Assembly (NCBI RefSeq): GCF_036507355.1 | Contig: NZ_AP027877.1 | Direction: 5' to 3' (one strand) | Length of the DNA: 64,000 nucleotides | Source: Escherichia coli | GTDB lineage: Bacteria > Pseudomonadota > Gammaproteobacteria > Enterobacterales > Enterobacteriaceae | In this document: positions 62,769 through 64,000 of the stretch, in pieces | Layout: each line of letters opens with the position of its first letter | How positions within the stretch are numbered: the stretch's first letter is position 1 | Position numbers and translations under genes: made by a program | Notes under the pieces: model-generated | What the model was told of the DNA's origin: nothing | Databases searched by the model: none | The model's input: the letters and a program-made list of their open reading frames with translations, nothing else

Positions 62769-64000
62769 TTACTGCAATTCTTTGGCCGGTTCTTTTACGT
62801 ACAACAACGCCAACATCGACAGCAACGTGCCTCCACCCAGATACCACGCCGGAGCCGTCAAACTATCCAGCAACACGATGGATTGCGTAGCGAAATATTG
62901 AGCAAAACCGCCAAAGATTGCCACACCAATGCTATAAACCAGCGCAAAACCCAATGCCCGAATCCGTTTCGGCAACAGTTCAGAGATCAACAACATCACT
63001 GGCACACCGCCAAGCGTGGTAAAGCTGACCATCACGAAAACCACCGTCAGCAACATGCCAGGGCTTGGGTAATTCACCAACAGCCAGAATGACGGCCAGC
63101 TACAGATCAGCACCATCACACGGGAGATTAAAATCAGCTTTTTACGCCCGACCGAATCGCACAACATCCCCACAAGCAGCGCACCCACAAACGTAATAAC
63201 GCCCGCCAGTAACATCGCTGCATGAGAATAATGTTGAGGCATCGCCAGATACTTCGCCGCCCAGGTGCCGTAATAAAAGAGGGAGATATAGGTTGCGACC
63301 GTGCTACCAATAGCGAGTAAAACGCCATTAACGATAGTCGCCTTATGTTGCAGGAGCAGAGAAAACGCGCTTTCGCTGGTAGCAGCTTTTTTATTGCGCA
63401 CAGGCTCAGGTACGTCATTTTCCAGACTCAAACGCAACCAACAGCCGACAGGCGCTAATAACACGCCAATAAAAAACGGCACACGCCAGCCCCATTCAGC
63501 CATGACGGTTTCTGAACCGGTCGCAAAGGGCAGCCATGCACTTAAACCTAAAGCGACAACACCTCCAAAAGTTGTTGCCAGGCCTTGAGTCGCCAGTGAC
63601 CAACTGCTGTAAAAACCGCGACGATTTGCCGGAGCTGATTCAACCAACAAAGACATTGAGGCACCGACTTCGCCTCCTGCCGCAACGCCCTGAATTAGAC
63701 GCGCTAGCACCAGCGTCGCGGTTCCCCAATAGCCCGCCGTCGCATACGTCGGCGCAATGCCAATCATCAACGTGCCGAGGCTCATCAGGGCAATAGTGAA
63801 CACCATCGCGGGTTTGCGTCCGAAACGATCGGCCCAGGCCCCGACGATAATTCCACCAAGCGGGCGCATAAAAAAACTCACGCCAAACGTTGCAAATGCC
63901 AGTAACAGCGCGACATTGTGATCAGCGCTGGGTGGGAAGAAAAGCGTACTGATATAGACCACAAAAAAGTTGTAAACGCCAAAATCAAAAAATTCGAGCG
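62769..64000 (-). CDS. MFS transporter, metabolite:H+ symporter (MHS)-like, 5' end beyond window (more than 410 codons present)
   Basis: ORF 62769..63962 is open to the window edge (upstream reads ...[19 protein letters not shown]); contains ...[88 protein letters not shown]..., typical of KgtP/ShiA/ProP-type MFS proteins; multiple hydrophobic segments. Confidence 0.8.

Overview
This window is core Escherichia coli chromosome, matching in reverse orientation the K-12 region metH–iclR–aceKAB–metA–yjaB–yjaA–rrnE–purHD–zraRS/zraP–yjaH–hupA–yjaG–nfi–hemE–nudC–rsd–thiCEFSGH–htrC–rpoCB–rplLJAK–nusG–secE–tufB–tRNA(thrT-glyT-tyrU-thrU)–coaA–birA–murB–rrnB–murI–btuB–trmA–yijD–fabR. Gene identities come from reading the supplied ORF translations against well-known E. 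coli proteins; rRNA/tRNA boundaries come from recognising the canonical 5S/23S/16S ends and tRNA sequences on the minus strand. I found no novel multi-gene system. Four features depart from the K-12 reference layout as I recall it: (1) a complete IS1 with a 9-bp target duplication splits the zraS sensor-kinase gene; (2) arpA is absent, leaving iclR and aceK convergent and 16 bp apart, a B2/F-phylogroup-like arrangement; (3) only 134 bp with a single terminator hairpin separate rrfB from murB; (4) a partial MFS (metabolite:H+ symporter-like) transporter gene lies directly upstream of fabR at the window edge. All comparisons to K-12 are from memory and no database search was run.
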